DNA from: Dicyema japonicum
Taxonomy: Eukaryota > Animalia > Dicyemida
Assembly (NCBI GenBank): GCA_011109175.1
Contig: RDEW01000009.1
Coordinates: 5,237-69,236, forward strand
Reading direction: 5' to 3'
DNA length: 64,000 nt
The first letter of the stretch is position 1. Each line of letters opens with the position of its first letter. The notes beneath the pieces were generated by a model. The model saw nothing but the letters and a program-made list of their open reading frames with translations. It was not told the origin of the DNA and ran no database searches. A program made the position numbers and the translations under genes. Below, one piece after another: positions 25,705 through 39,254 of this stretch.

Positions 25705-26838
25705 TAGGGCAAGTTGTTTCTAGCAGTTAAAAAAAATTTTTAGCGCTAAAAAATCACAAAATCTAGCAATTATAATTAAAAAATAGCACTTAAAATGATA
25801 AAATCTAGCATTTAAAATTGTAAAATCTATAACTTAAAATAATAAAATATAAATTTAAATTTTATTTATTGTAATATAATAAAAGTAATGCTTGATATTG
25901 TCTGGATAGAAGTTCCTATCCTTTTTTAAAATATTTTTTAGCATTTTAATAGCTTTTTCAACATATTCAGAGATGCCTGACAGCGTGAAAGAGAAAAATA
26001 ATCTTTTATTCTGATTTTTGGATCAGTCATTTCAATAATAAGTTTAATCCATTTTCCTCCATTCTTTTATTTATATAACTTTTGATATTTGCCTTGTCCG
26101 CAACACTCCGAAACTTTACGAAGATCTACTATTTGCGAATAATTGAATATGATTTCCCTTAATTTAAACTTAATATTCGGATTGTTAACATGATGTTTAG
26201 AATTTGATATTAAAACTCCATCTGAATGAAATGCGTTAACAATTTCAAAAATTATTTCAAAATTCATAAAATAATATTTCACTGCTTCAAACCAACTTCC
26301 CCGTCTGCATTAATTAAGCAAAAGAATACCTAGTAATTACAACATCAGGTGGGTATCCAACATCCTTGAACAAATTACGACTTTTTTGGTTTTTTACTGT
26401 AGCAGCTTTAATGCTTGTAATTAAGCCATTTATTTCCGGATATGCACACTTTATACGTAAAATCGTATTGTGTAACAAATGAGAAACACACGTCACATGA
26501 TGCATGTTGTTATGACCATTAATGTTTTACCACCTATTTATTTAAATAAATTTTATATCACCAGAAATCATACAAGGAGTGGGATCTGAAATTAGTAGAT
26601 AAAAATTGTCACGAATAATCTTCATTTCTCTAATGACGTCATCTATTAATTGGCAGATGATACCAGCAGTGCATGATTTTCCAGTTTTTTGCATTCAACC
26701 AAATAGGATTTTGTTGGAAAGCGAATGCTCCCAATTAGAATCACTACAAAACTTTTCCTTCGGATATCTGTTTCATCAATTATTATAAAAAATCTTTTCG
26801 TTTCTAAAAGTTAAAAATAAATTTTAATACGTTAATAA

Positions 26839-27994
26839 CTGTCGTATGTGATAGCGTCCGGGCTGTTGATACTGTCCGGGTTGATAAGACAAATTTATCA
26901 CTTGAAAACATTAACAACAACTAAGTTTTGCTTCGAAAAAGTCTGTCCCTTGTTCCCTCAAAAAACAAAAAAATTTATTTTGAGTCAATAAAGCGATTAA
27001 GCAAGAAAAGGGTCGAAAATAGAAGAGGTCGAAGGATCGTCGCTTGTTCACTCAAAAAACAAAAAATTTATTTTGAGTCAATAAAGCGATTAAACGAGAA
27101 AAGGGTCGAAAATAGAAGAGGGTCGAAGGATCGGTCCTTTGTTCCGTCAAAAAACAAACAATTTTAGTTTGAGTCAATAAATCGATTAAGCGTGAAAAAT
27201 GTCGAAAATTGAAGTCGAAGGATCGGTCCCTTGTTCCCTCAAAAAAACAAAAAATTTTATTTTGAGTCAATAAAAGCGATTAAGCGTGAAAAGGGTCGAA
27301 AATTGAAAATGTCGAAGGATCGGTCCCTTGTTCCCTCAAAAACAAAAAATTTTATTTTGAGTCAATAAAGCGATTAAGCGAGAAAAAGGCCGAAAATTGA
27401 AAATGTCGAAGGATCGGTCCCTTGTTCCCTTAAAAAACAAAAATTTTTATTTGAGTCAATAAAGCGATTAGCGTGAAAATTGTTATTTGAATGTTATATA
27501 AATATTTTTTTTAATATTTTTAATTTCTTTTTAAAAATTTAAAAATTTTATTTTGAGTCAATAAAGCGATTAAGCAAGAAAAGAGTTATATCTTTATCAA
27601 AAACCTTTGAATCATCGATATTTGAGTTATTTGTAATTTTTATCACATATTTTAATCCTTTCTTTTATATTTTAAATTTTATTTTTAATTTGAATTACTT
27701 AATTCAACCTTATCAGTTTAATGTTATAAGATATAAATATCTCAATAATATGGCATTACTTAAATATTTTCGGATTTGCTACAAAGTAACCTTATATCTC
27801 GGTTCTTTTCCTTGGGGATTTAACATCTCTACTTTACTCCGGGATTTTTACTTTTCTATTTTCCTTGGGGATTTAACTTATCTCTATTTTGTTTCTCTTG
27901 ATACAAAACTTAGTGGTTGTTAATGTTTTCAAGTGATAAATTTGTTTCTTCAACCGGACAGTATCAACGCCCCGGGTTCTTATTACATACGACA
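26839..27994. mobile_element. Non-autonomous TIR element (MITE) nested in the hAT transposase
   Basis: About 90-bp TIRs (TGTCGTATG...CACTTGAAAACATTAACAAC and its reverse complement); TAA duplicated at 26836-26838 and 27995-27997; removal restores the frame D-K-I-I-N-V. Confidence 0.85.
26945..27480 (+). repeat. Tandem array of about 95-bp units (about 6 copies, plus a partial copy near 27545)
   Basis: Units start at about 26945, 27039, 27133, 27226, 27323 and 27418 (GTCCCTTGTTCCCTCAAAA...TTTTGAGTCAATAAAGCGATTAAGC...GTCGAAGGATCG). Confidence 0.9.
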
Positions 27995-29049
27995 ATAATT
28001 TTGTCAACTCATTTATCTTTTTTCTGCAAGAACCTTAACCGTAGTTCTGCATGAAAATTCTGACAAAATGTTAATTTTAAATGTTTTAAACATTTTTTTG
28101 ATCGAATCGTTATTTTAATTTACAGCGGGATGTTTGCTTGTACAAAAGCTTCCGTGATGTTTCATTACCGAATCTACTTGGATTGATTCAGTTAATGTTG
28201 TTTGAACTGAAATTACATGAATGACCTACAATTGTATTAACAAATTTATAGGCATATTGTTCTGATGTTTTAAAGAAGAACGATGAGAAATCAACTGAAA
28301 TTTTTTTGAACAGTTGACTTTGGATAAACAAAGAAAACCAAAATAGAAGGCCATCGTCAGCAATACAGAACTCATCTTTGAATTCCGAGACTATACGCTT
28401 AGCTTTCTTAAGCAAACGAACACTTGGGATTTGGCATAACTAAAAATACTATATAGTTTAGCATTTAAAATTAAAAAAAGCACTTATAGCATTTATAATG
28501 TATGTTCTTTTTAACAAAATTAAAAAATAATTATTCAAATTCAATTTTATATTAAAATAAGTATAAAAAATAAAAATAGCATTTTAGCACTTAAATTGCC
28601 CTACTTATTATTAATAATAATATCCGATGGGGTACCAAGTACTTCACTTGCCATTTCCTTATGGATTTCTTGTGGTGAAATCCTTCTTTTTAGTTTATTG
28701 CAATTTTATTTTCTTATAGGCGTAAATACTTATTTCCTGCTTTAACTTGAAGTCTTCCTTCCACCATTAAGTACATACCAAAGCAATGTGCTTCTACTTT
28801 CCAATGAAGTTTTTTTTCCACCATTAAATACATACCGAAGAAATGTGCTTCTACTTTCCAATGAAGCCCATTGTTTGAGAAGCCAAATAATTGAGGATGG
28901 CACGTGCGATTGGTGATTCATTGAAACAATTAGTCAGAATAATTCTGAACGAATTATAAAGCCGTTTCTTAGAGATATCTTTAGTATTCGTTACTCACAT
29001 AAGCCGAATTCGGGTGATCCACAAACATGTACAAGCACGGGACAAAATT

Positions 29050-30170
29050 TATACTTTGAATAAATTTAAACTCCTAAAGCGATATTTTAAACTTTTGACC
29101 TGTGTGCCACCCTGGTACTAAGCGCCATCTTCATGGCTTCTGTACCGTCACCGAAGACACCGAGTATGGAAATTTTTATTTATGCGAATGATGTGCTAAT
29201 CTCGGATGCTTCCAAGTAAAGAAAATTGTATTACAAGAGATTTGATAATTACAATGAAGAAAACAGCAAATAGCGTGTCCCCAAAGGTTTAACCATCTAA
29301 GGTGAGAAAACCAACTCTGTGGGGATCTCTAACTTTCGAAGACTTAATCGACATAGCTGTGCTTGAGATGCAGACCCTCAGAGTTTTAATTTGGTCATCG
29401 AATACATGTTATTTAACGGACTGGATTTTCCATTATCATTAAGAGAAGAACGTGGCTCTGATGATCCTCGCCTTTTTCAATAGCCTCCTCATTTTCTCCG
29501 ACCCCACGCACTCTATGTATGCTCGTTTGAGGTCCCTTTTTATCAAAAAAAGCCTCAAAAGAGGATTTGATCTTGATCTATCGCAGAGAAGAAAAACCAC
29601 TGTAGTTGGGGTAGCTATGGGGGAGGTCTATGGTCTTTTTAGATTCGTTTTTACCGGGATATCAAATATAATTGACAAATTATCAATTTTTGCATAATTA
29701 ATTGAAATTAAGTGTAAATCCTTTGGATCCAACGATATGTAATGATGAGAGTGAACATACTTCGATATTGAAGACAACCCAACCTATAATCCCCGTTACA
29801 ATTCAAGGGGACCTAAATGCAACAAAAATGAAACTAGAAGACTTAGAAAACGTGGATGCTGTCCACAAAATCTTAACTTTGTGGATTGCGTGTCCTGAAA
29901 ATGCGGAGATGTAAGTATTATTGCCCACTGTCAATGTGAGAAGCGAAGTTTTATACCACGAAAAGTTCACGTCACTTGGCACGCTTCCGTTATGGTCACC
30001 ACATGGATTTACATTCCTATCCGAACAAAATCGGACAATCATCCTCTTCATTTTGCCCATCATGCCTTCTTGAAGAACAGATTATAGGCCCTTCTTTTCT
30101 TTTCTGGGCCCGGTTACGAGTTCTTACAGCACCAAATACACCGACAGATCTCCCATCTTGGCTGTGACGT
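29050..30170. mobile_element. Decayed LINE fragments, both strands
   Basis: IFIYANDVLI at about 29170 (+); YIECVGSEKMRRLLKKARII (-) resembles the family C-terminus CVGS...EKMR.LLREAGIT. Confidence 0.4.
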
Positions 30171-30236
30171 TCTCGTTAATTACAAGTTCCTTCACTCGAA
30201 GGGAATAGTCTAGAAGGTGGTGTCATTATATAGTTA

Positions 30237-31697
30237 CAAACCCCCATTAATCCGAACTTCAATAATCCGAAAAATTTTACAGTTTCCATACAAACTTCAT
30301 AATCCGCAATCCGAAAAACATTTATTAAAAATTTCGGATTAATTTAATTATTTTTTATTTTACATTTAAATAATTTTACATTTTAAATTTAAATCTTACA
30401 GCGTCACATAGTTAGAAAGAGGGTTGAAATTTCTATGCACAGAAAGGAAAGATTTATGAAATAAAAAATACATCAAAAATGACTCTCAGAGAATTATCCC
30501 ACATCTGTAAAATAAAAATATTTGGGAATTTTGACATTTTTAGAAATTTTTAAAAACCGTGAAAATTTGGAATACTTTGAAACTACGATTAACGATTCAA
30601 GACGGTGGTAATTTGATAATTCAATTGTTGAATGGATTTCAATGATGATGCAATCACTGGTTTTATTTCTCAAGGTATCATCATTTCAAAAGCTAAGGTA
30701 TTTGATGAAAGCTTGGAATCAATGATCTGGAATTTCGTAAAGGCTACAAAGATTTAAAAGAAGATTTAATTTTAAACAAAAAGTTCTTCATGGAGGAGCT
30801 AACTGCCAACATAACATGAATTTAATTTGAATAGACAAAATATGATTAAGTTACAAGAAGTTGACCCTTAAGTATTGCTAAACATGGATGAAACTGGACT
30901 CTTTTTCAACTTTCCCTTCTAGAACAATTTCAGTTAGAATAAAGCAATCGAAAGTGAGGATCACTATAGCTCTTTGTGCTAATGCAACTGGAGCAATAAA
31001 AATTAAACATTTTGTTATTGGGCATAGTAAGAGACCAAGATGCTTAAAAGATTTTGATTTTAAAAAATATTGTACTATGCAAACAAAAGGGCTTGGATGA
31101 CACAGAAGCTTTGACACATCAGTCATCTTAGTGATGAATTAAAATGTTACGGAAAAGTTCTTTTTACTCATTGATAATGCTCCAAGACACGTTTTAACTT
31201 AATTTTTTGAAAACATTGAAATTTTTTTACTTCCAAAAAACACAACTGCACATCTTCAACCATGGATTCAGACATAATCAGGAACTTTAAGTATCATCAT
31301 AGAAAAAGGTTATGCTGGATTATATGGAAGCCCTTGATTTAGAAAAAGAATCTTTTGTGAATCTACGAAAGGCCATCATTATGGTGCAGAGAAATTAAAT
31401 GTTTTGATTAATTTGCTAATGATAATATCATACAAAATTCCGTTTGAATGAGTACCGAAAAGAACTGGAAGAACTTGTTAATGAAGAAGAAATAACTCAG
31501 ACAGAAATGCTCGACGAGAACGAAAGCGTCATTCTTCGTGAAGACTATAATGTCGACGAGGAAATTATCGATGCTGAAAATGGAGAGATTATTGTATATA
31601 AAAACATAAATATTAATTTCAGTGAAATTAGTATATTTATTCGCTTTACAATTCGAAAGGCATCTAATTTTTTTGTTCGGATTTATGAGGGAATCTG
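30237..31697 (+). mobile_element. pogo/Tigger (DDE_1) DNA transposon, decayed
   Basis: NMDETGLF, KVRITIALCANATG, IGHSKRPRC, IDNAPRH, LPKNTTAHLQP; imperfect TIRs ...CCCCCATTAATCCGAAC / GTTCGGATTTATGAGGGAATCTG flanked by TA. Confidence 0.85.
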
Positions 31698-31816
31698 TAT
31701 ATGTAATATTACAGGATTTCAATCGAAATAAGATCAAGACATACAAATATACAAACCGATCAAAATGAGATATACAAAATAATGCTAAATTTTGTTGCTA
31801 AGCAATCATTTTTGAA

Positions 31817-34800
31817 ATGTCAAATATGGTTGAAGATGAGAAAACCTATGTAAGGAACAATTTGTACGACGTCACCTTACTAATCGACCAGTGTGTCCCC
31901 GATTTATCAAAATTTCAAAAATATCAAGAAATTCCAAATCTTAATTCAAGCTCTAAACTAGCTGAGAAGTTACAAAAGGTACCGCAACTACTTAAAAAAA
32001 GTTGAACGAAGAATTTGACGACGAAATACAGCAATTACGCAACATCGAAGAAAAACTTTTTGAATCAGAAGTCAGTAGCATAAAAAACAGTTATTTTTGA
32101 ACATTATCAGAATTTCCGCTGAGGGACTGTATTAGAGCCAAGGTTCCGGCATCCCACCTCCTCCTGAAGGCCCCAGATTACACAAAGTGTTCTATTGAGC
32201 CCGTAAAGAATTACATAGGTTGCTAGTTGTGCATTTGCTAGCTCACTGTGATTATGCTCACAAAATAAAGCTAAACGCGCTATCCACCGAAAATCTCACC
32301 TTTGAGGATGGAGTCTTACACGACAAAATGCTAAAATACGAAATGGAGAACCAAGTCAAAGTTGCCGAAATATTTTATTTGACAGAAAACCGCTTTAAAG
32401 AAATTACCGAATCGACTTCCGATGGACGTTCTCGAATGCGAAATGAAGAAAATCGAAGAATTTAAGGCCAAAAGTGATTTCAGGCCAAACACTCGTTATA
32501 TTAATAAAAGTGACCACACGAGGTTTCCGTGTATTAAATATTTAGTATTTCAAATGAATTCGAGATTTTGCCTAATCCAGTAGTTTTTACGGATTATGAA
32601 ACCAATCGTTATCACCAAGTTTGTTTAAAATTTGATTTTAGAAAATCATCAAAATAAAAAATGCATCAAAGAATTCAAGAATAATTCGTTTTATTCCCCC
32701 AGCAACTCCCTACTTTTGTTGCAAGGCAGTTTCAGGTGATTACTCGCTATGATCTCTCAGAAGGGCCAATCAGTCTCGTAGCTCCTGGAATGGATCTCAG
32801 ATTAGTGATCGGATTCATCCCTGATTCTCTCAGAAACTTTGATGACATACTTTTGATTGAAATTCAAGGATTGGGGACGATTGATGTTAACATTTGGGGG
32901 AGAAGGGTTACCCCAGTCTTAAATTGTTATGAGATATTTTAATATTTTAGTGATGGAATCTATTTTCGTTGGGCACGTGCTGGTCAATGATTCTTATGTC
33001 CACACAGTAAGTGTGACCAATAAGGGAAATCACGGGAGATTTTGGATCCTTGGAAAAAATCAATGGGAAGAAAACCAGGATTACGAAAATTTAGTAAATT
33101 CTGAGGTCTCTTTCATTGATAGATTTTAGAAAAGCGATAATTTGAAGTTAATTTGTGAATACTTCATGATTTATCCAAACTATTTCGAACTCCCAACAAA
33201 CTCGGAGACTAGCATAAACTTGACTTTCAATCCAAGCGAGAAGATGTATTATAAAGAAGACTTGGTTCTTGTCTGCGATAATCACACAGCCAAGAACATA
33301 ACTGTCGAAGGTTTTGCGTCAACTTTGATTGACAGGTTATGGGGAAATCCCAGTCTGTGAGATAAAAGAAGCCGAAAATATTTTATATATTCGAGATAAC
33401 GATTTACTGGATGCTGCAGCTGACTGCTTTATTAAAATTCGAACGAAAAATCGCTGTGAGGAAAAAATATACGTTCAGAATTTAAGGTAACGGCAAACTT
33501 ACCTTAGCAACGTCGTTTTAAAATATTGTTGGGCCGTACAAAGACAGCAATGCTACATAAAGTCATACGATACAATGGTTTACGAGGACTCTCCATTCCA
33601 AATAGATCCTTCAGATGGAGTCTTGAATCCAAGAGAGGTCATGTGCTACAATATTACCTACGCTCCCCCGCTTGTATTTTATAAAATGTATTTCTAGGTT
33701 GGGGAACACAAATGTGCTCTACAGTTGACTCTCTTGGACATTCCCGTAGAAAGTGAGTGTTTTGTTTAGAGTAGACAAAAATAGCAATGTTTTACGAACG
33801 GACATGAAAAGTCTCCGAATTGGAGTTATTGGAGAACGAGAGGAGATCAACTGCGCTTGCAGCCACTATTACTCGAAATTGACGAGAGAGTTTTAATCGG
33901 GACGAAAATCGGTCGTACAGTTAAAGTAAACGAGACTGAATTAAAATTAAAGTTGTTCAACAACAACGACTGTAAGGTTAGCTATAAATGGGAGAGAATA
34001 TTGGACGATTCGTGTGAAATCCGAATGAACCCAGAATGTGGAGAAATCGGTAACAGTTTATGAAATTACCAGAACCTTGGGGAGTGGAGAACCAAGAATT
34101 AGAAATTACTGGAAAAAATGTCTTCGAAATTGAGAGGAAAATTTGCGCAAAAATTGAAAATCGAGACAAACTACTGGAACTGGCAATATTTGTGAAATTT
34201 AAAGTTTTAAAATTTTAAAATTAAAGGACTGTGAAATATCTCTTTCTACCCACGTGTTGGATTTCGGAAATGTTCGGTTTACCAGCCAATATAGAAAGCC
34301 TATAGAAATCTCAAATTTGTCTGAATTGGAGGCTAATTGGGCCATCAATCAAAATTCTTACAACGTGGCCAATTCACTGACTATTTAGGAAAACATTATT
34401 AAGATTACTCCAAATCATGGGGGAATTCCACCGTTTGAGAGCTGCGAAATAGAAATTACGTTTTTGGCTCAAAATATCGGCTATAATGAAGAGTTTATCG
34501 AGTTTTATACAGATCCGAAAGAAAAGAGGTTGTTTTCTGTGTATAATGGAAAAGAATACTAAAGTTTGTGTCCCACGTGATAGAGCCGTGTATTACATTT
34601 AATAAATCCTGCGTTCATCTCGAGGACTGGTATGTGGGGATTCCTCGGCTATTTGTCCTTCAAATAATAAACAAAACTCCGCTGAAAACACAATTCAAAT
34701 TCGACAACGTGATGTCTCCGCTTATTCTAGTCTATTTGTGAGTTTCATTCTTCCTCCCCATTCCATCCAGAGCCTCGTAATTCAAATGAGGCACGTGGTG

Positions 34801-37034
34801 CTGAGTTGGATAGTCTGTCCTGCCTCTGCCAATCGGGTACTTTGAATGGAAATGAGACACGTGACATGGAATTTACCATCACAGTCCACAGAACTGTCGT
34901 TTATTCTAAAAATCAGTTAGATTTTAGTACAGGATTGTTATATTATGATGAGTTTTGACAATAACAGTGAAACACGTGTAAATATTAAGGGGGAGGTCAA
35001 GGGATTAGACTTGAGCTGCAAAGTTGACGAAAATGACTGGTCTTTGTGGAAATTATTTTAAGGAAATCGTTGACGGAAATCCGGATCGACGACTTTCCAA
35101 ATCACACGATTGGTGAGTTTTCAAGCCGATCCTTACAAATCCGGAATAACACGGCAATCAGGTCGACGTTTACTGCGGAAATCGAAAAATTCAACGAATT
35201 GGGTTCATCAAATAATAATTTGTATTTTATTTTTTTTATTTCAGGTGCGATGACAACCCCGAGTTGATGAAATACGTCCCCCAGTTCAGAGGAAATCAAA
35301 CACCAAAAAGTGCTCATGGTTTAACTCTAGAATTTTCCTCAAAAACCTTGAATGGCATATATTTTGGATGTTCTCCAAATTCAGGGGTTCTCAGTGAATT
35401 TGAAGAACTGACGTTGACTATACACGTGCTATCCGACATGTGGGGACACTATGAAGATATTTTGTTGCTAAAGGTAACAGTTCAGTAATTCTAGTTTGAA
35501 AACTTAAGTGTTATCAGGATTCCTCTGTCAATCACAGTCTTGGGGACTCCTCTGTTACTCCCGATGTTCCCGAATTCAGCAAAATTGAGGAAAATTCAGT
35601 TGAGATAAAATTCTAATTGTAGATTTGGACAACAAATAGTAAATAGTGGTCCCCAAGTAAAGGAGATCAGAATAAAAAATATGGGGATCTGCGGTAACCT
35701 CGTTAATAATCTCAGATATAAAATTACACTTAAATCTCTACCAAATTAGCAGCAGGGAATTGACGGATATCAAGAAGTTATTCGACTTCAAAATACTTCA
35801 GCAAAGACCCTTAGATTACCGAATATACAAGGAGAAACAAAATTTTCCCGGTTTTCAAATCTCCGAAACAACTGAATCTAACTTCTACCAGTTATTTTGG
35901 GAAACCTGCTGATAATGGTGGGCCCTTCGAGCTTAGCAAATGTGAAATGGTAATTTCAGGATTTTGTGATTTCAGACTATTCTCAGCGGACAAACAAACA
36001 AGTTCAACGTCACATTCGGGCTACCAAAAATAGAAGCACGTGGCGAATTTTACGGAGTTGTTGTCGGCTACATGACTTTGGATCCACCTGTTTGATTACA
36101 TAATCTAAATAGAATTTAAAATCTCCAGGGATTCACGGAAAGGATGGCTATGACGTGGAACCATTGATTCTGTATGTTTGGTGGTCGACGACGATACCTC
36201 AGTTGCGTAAGTGCTATATTTTAGCCTAAATTTGGAGAAGAATTGCGCAAAAATGAAAGCTTTGGCGGGAAACTGCATAAATAACGGAAAAATATGACTG
36301 GTTGAGTAATTGAGATTAAAAAATGTGTTAATTTCACGGAAAAAATAAGACTGAAAAATTGTGCAAACATCAGTCTGGGTTTCAAAATATCAACAAATTC
36401 CCCATTTTTTTGTAGTGAAAATTTGACTCACTTTGTGGGAGGGAACGACAGCATTGAGGTAAATAACCGCTAAAATTTAGTTAAATTATGATTTTACGCT
36501 ACAAAATAATATGATTTTTCAGAAAAATAGCGCACAAAAATCTGTCGCTTTTAATGGCTCGTTGAAAATCGAATTTGACAACGGAGCCTCTCAAGTATCG
36601 ATAATTCCAATTTTAGGATATTCTAGTAACACGTGCTGTCTATTTGTCTATCTTGGAGGTAAGCAAATGGCTGATCGAATTTGGAAAAGTTTTACTAGGA
36701 AGCTCTCAGTCGATTCCCTTAAGACTAAGAAATGACGTACAGTCTAAGACAATCTGGAAAATAAATTATGGTGATTTGTTTCACGGAATTCTAAGAAACC
36801 GATAACAGTGATATCATCAAAATAAGTCGGAAATCTGGAGAAATTGAAGGAGCCCACGTGGTGTCCTCGATGGTGGTAATAATGATAGAATTTTCGCCAA
36901 TGTAAGTCTAATTTGAATTTCAGTGAAAACGTGAAATATTCGAAAAAAATCATGTGGTGGATAAATTGACAAAAAGAGAAATTGTATTTGAGGTAACTGG
37001 GAGTGGATCCTACAATAAAGGATTAATTAGCTAA
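31817..37034 (+). CDS. DLEC1: DLEC1 / CFAP81 ciliary central-apparatus protein; start approximate
   Basis: VFTDYE, FIPPATPYF, LVAPGM...FIPDSLRNFDDILLIE, GRRVTPVL, SDMWGHYEDILL, C-terminal VTGSGSY; numerous 21-27-nt introns. Confidence 0.85.
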
Positions 37035-37527
37035 TAATTATATTAATTCTAAACGAACTATCAATAAACAATATGAGTAACATATCTCACAACAGATGTT
37101 AGTTTTTCTCAAGAATTAAGATTTTCTTATTTAATATTAGAAGAACCATGAAATCATAATCCAACACGTGGGTTCGTCATTCAAGTTTATCCAGTGAGGA
37201 CTCTTCCTCAAGATTAAATATCTGAGACTAGTCATCCCAGCAGAGGTCGAATCGGAATCTTAAAGATTCCATACTTCTTAGTTTCAATCTATCCTACGTG
37301 GTCAGAAGAAAGGGGAGATCATTGATAAGGCGATAGAAATTTACTAAGGGAGACAGTTTCTATAAATGCCACTGACTTGATCTATAAGACAAGGAAGATG
37401 TCGTGAGGATTTAATGTGCGAATAAACAAAATTAACGGCTATTATTTGATAATCAATAATTAACGCAATCAGGTCTGAACTTAGCAATGCCTATATAAAT
37501 GGCAAATTACATCGGCGTATATTTATA

Positions 37528-38589
37528 ATGGAAAGTTATTACGGTTGCACTGCTTTCTGTTTATTGCTGTTATTTGAGGAAATTAGCGCATTTAATGATT
37601 ATTTTTAATTGACTGAGCCAATAATTAGACAATTGCAAGATTTTTATTGGAATGCTTAATAAAGAGCAGAATGAAGAGAGTGTGAAGCAAATGTTCAGTA
37701 AATGTGGAACGATCGAAGAATGCTCGGTTCTGAGGACTTACAGTGGAGAAAGCCGGGGTTGGTAAAAGTCTGATATAAAGGCTGTGCCTTCATAAAGTTT
37801 TCAAGTCATGAAGAGGCCCATTTCGCGATACAATCGCTACATGGAAAAATAACTTTAAATGTTACTTTATGATTCACTGCAGGGAGCCTCGTCGAGTTTG
37901 GTGGTCAAAATGGCGGACTCGGAAATAGAAAGACAACTGAGAAAACTCCAGCAGAACATTGATCAACAAGGAATCGTAAATCCTCTGATCATGTACCCAC
38001 TTTTACCCTCAAATACCTACCAAGTGAAAATATATGTGATCCTTAGAACAACCAAACTGCTAGAGTGAGTCCTCAGTGCTACTCGATCTACAATTACCCC
38101 GACATAAATAACGGAGACCAGATAAACTATCCAATTCCCTACTCCCCTGATCCGGGGTGTTCTTTCGTCGGATCACGTATTGATTTGAAATATCATAGCT
38201 TACTACGGAGAACAGATTTTACCGGTAACACACATTATTACACCGCTCTCCCTTCCGGGACATAAACAAAGTAGAGTAGTCGATGATCCCAGTAATCCCA
38301 ACTGGCCCAGAAGGATGTAATTTGTTTATTTACTATCTCCCTCACAACATCACCAACGAGTCGTTGGCTCAAATTTTCGCTCCTTTTGGGAACATTATCA
38401 GCTCCAAAGTTTATATTGATCGGGCCACCAACCAGAGTAAATGCTTTGGTCTACATTTTATTAACTTTGATAGGATTTATTAGCTACGATAACCCAGTCA
38501 GTTGCGAGAAGGCGATAAATGCTATGAATGGGTATAAAATTGGTAATAAACGACTAAAAGTACAAATAAAGAAAACCAAAAACAATTAA
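37528..38589 (+). CDS. CELF: CELF/Bruno RNA-binding protein (CELF3-6 type), RRM2 and RRM3 only; start approximate
   Basis: [13 protein letters not shown]...[13 protein letters not shown]...[14 protein letters not shown] (RRM2); [13 protein letters not shown]...[11 protein letters not shown]|FISYDNP...KRLKVQIK (RRM3); introns of 22, 23, 23 and 25 nt. Confidence 0.9.
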
Positions 38590-38759
38590 CTTATTTTAAA
38601 TATATCTTTTTAATAATCTAATTTAATTGAATAATTTAAATAAAATATTTTAAAATTGAAAATTTAGATTCTTGTTTAAATTTAATATTTTGAATTTAGA
38701 TTCTGAATAAGGCATATTTTATTTTATTTTTTTAGTTTTTGGTTAATTTATTCAAAACA

Positions 38760-39200
38760 AAATGATCCCTGGCGACATATTCGGCGCCTCTCATGATTGC
38801 AATTGAGATCAACTGGAGAACCTACTGGTTCTCACGTGCGTCGTTGCCTTTGAGCGTAACCAGAGGTCCCAGATTATTGAGGAAACAATGAAATTTCCTG
38901 CTTATTTCTCCAGTTGTCTCAACTACGATGGACCGGAATGTGAATCGATCTAACAGCATTTCGTATATTTGGCCATAAACTTTTAAGCACATTACTATGA
39001 TTGAAGGTTTCTGTTCCTTCCTTTCAGTGTCATCATCGGATCCACTTAACTCAAGAGAAGCCGTCCTGGCTGGTATTCAAAAAGATCCATCTTTTCTCGG
39101 GATACGTCCTGGCTGGAGACGAATTCTGGCTTCGACCTCAGCTTCCTATGAAGGCTCTACTGGACCGTGTCAGGGTCATGTGATTAGTTAGTTTACTTTT
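38760..39200 (+). mobile_element. LINE 3' fragment ending RVRVM*-TTAGTTAG
   Basis: Shares GAGATCAACTGGAGAA...CTCACGTGCGTCG with 51187-51250 (reverse) and 12930-13010. Confidence 0.6.
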
Positions 39201-39254
39201 AACGTTGATCTTTGGGATAATTTCATTCTTGAAGCTAATCTGGCAACGTGCGTT

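Larger units (their letters stand above)
25705..28603 (-). mobile_element. hAT-superfamily DNA transposon (decayed transposase)
   Basis: Termini TAGGGCAA / TTGCCCTA; 8-bp TSD CTTATTAT at 25697-25704 and 28604-28611; IIDETD and HVTCVSHLLHN...PPDVVITR transposase motifs. Confidence 0.9.

Noticed and set aside
26945-27480. CRISPR-like appearance of the repeat array
   Set aside because: No unique spacers; the whole ~95-bp unit repeats; eukaryotic context and no cas genes.
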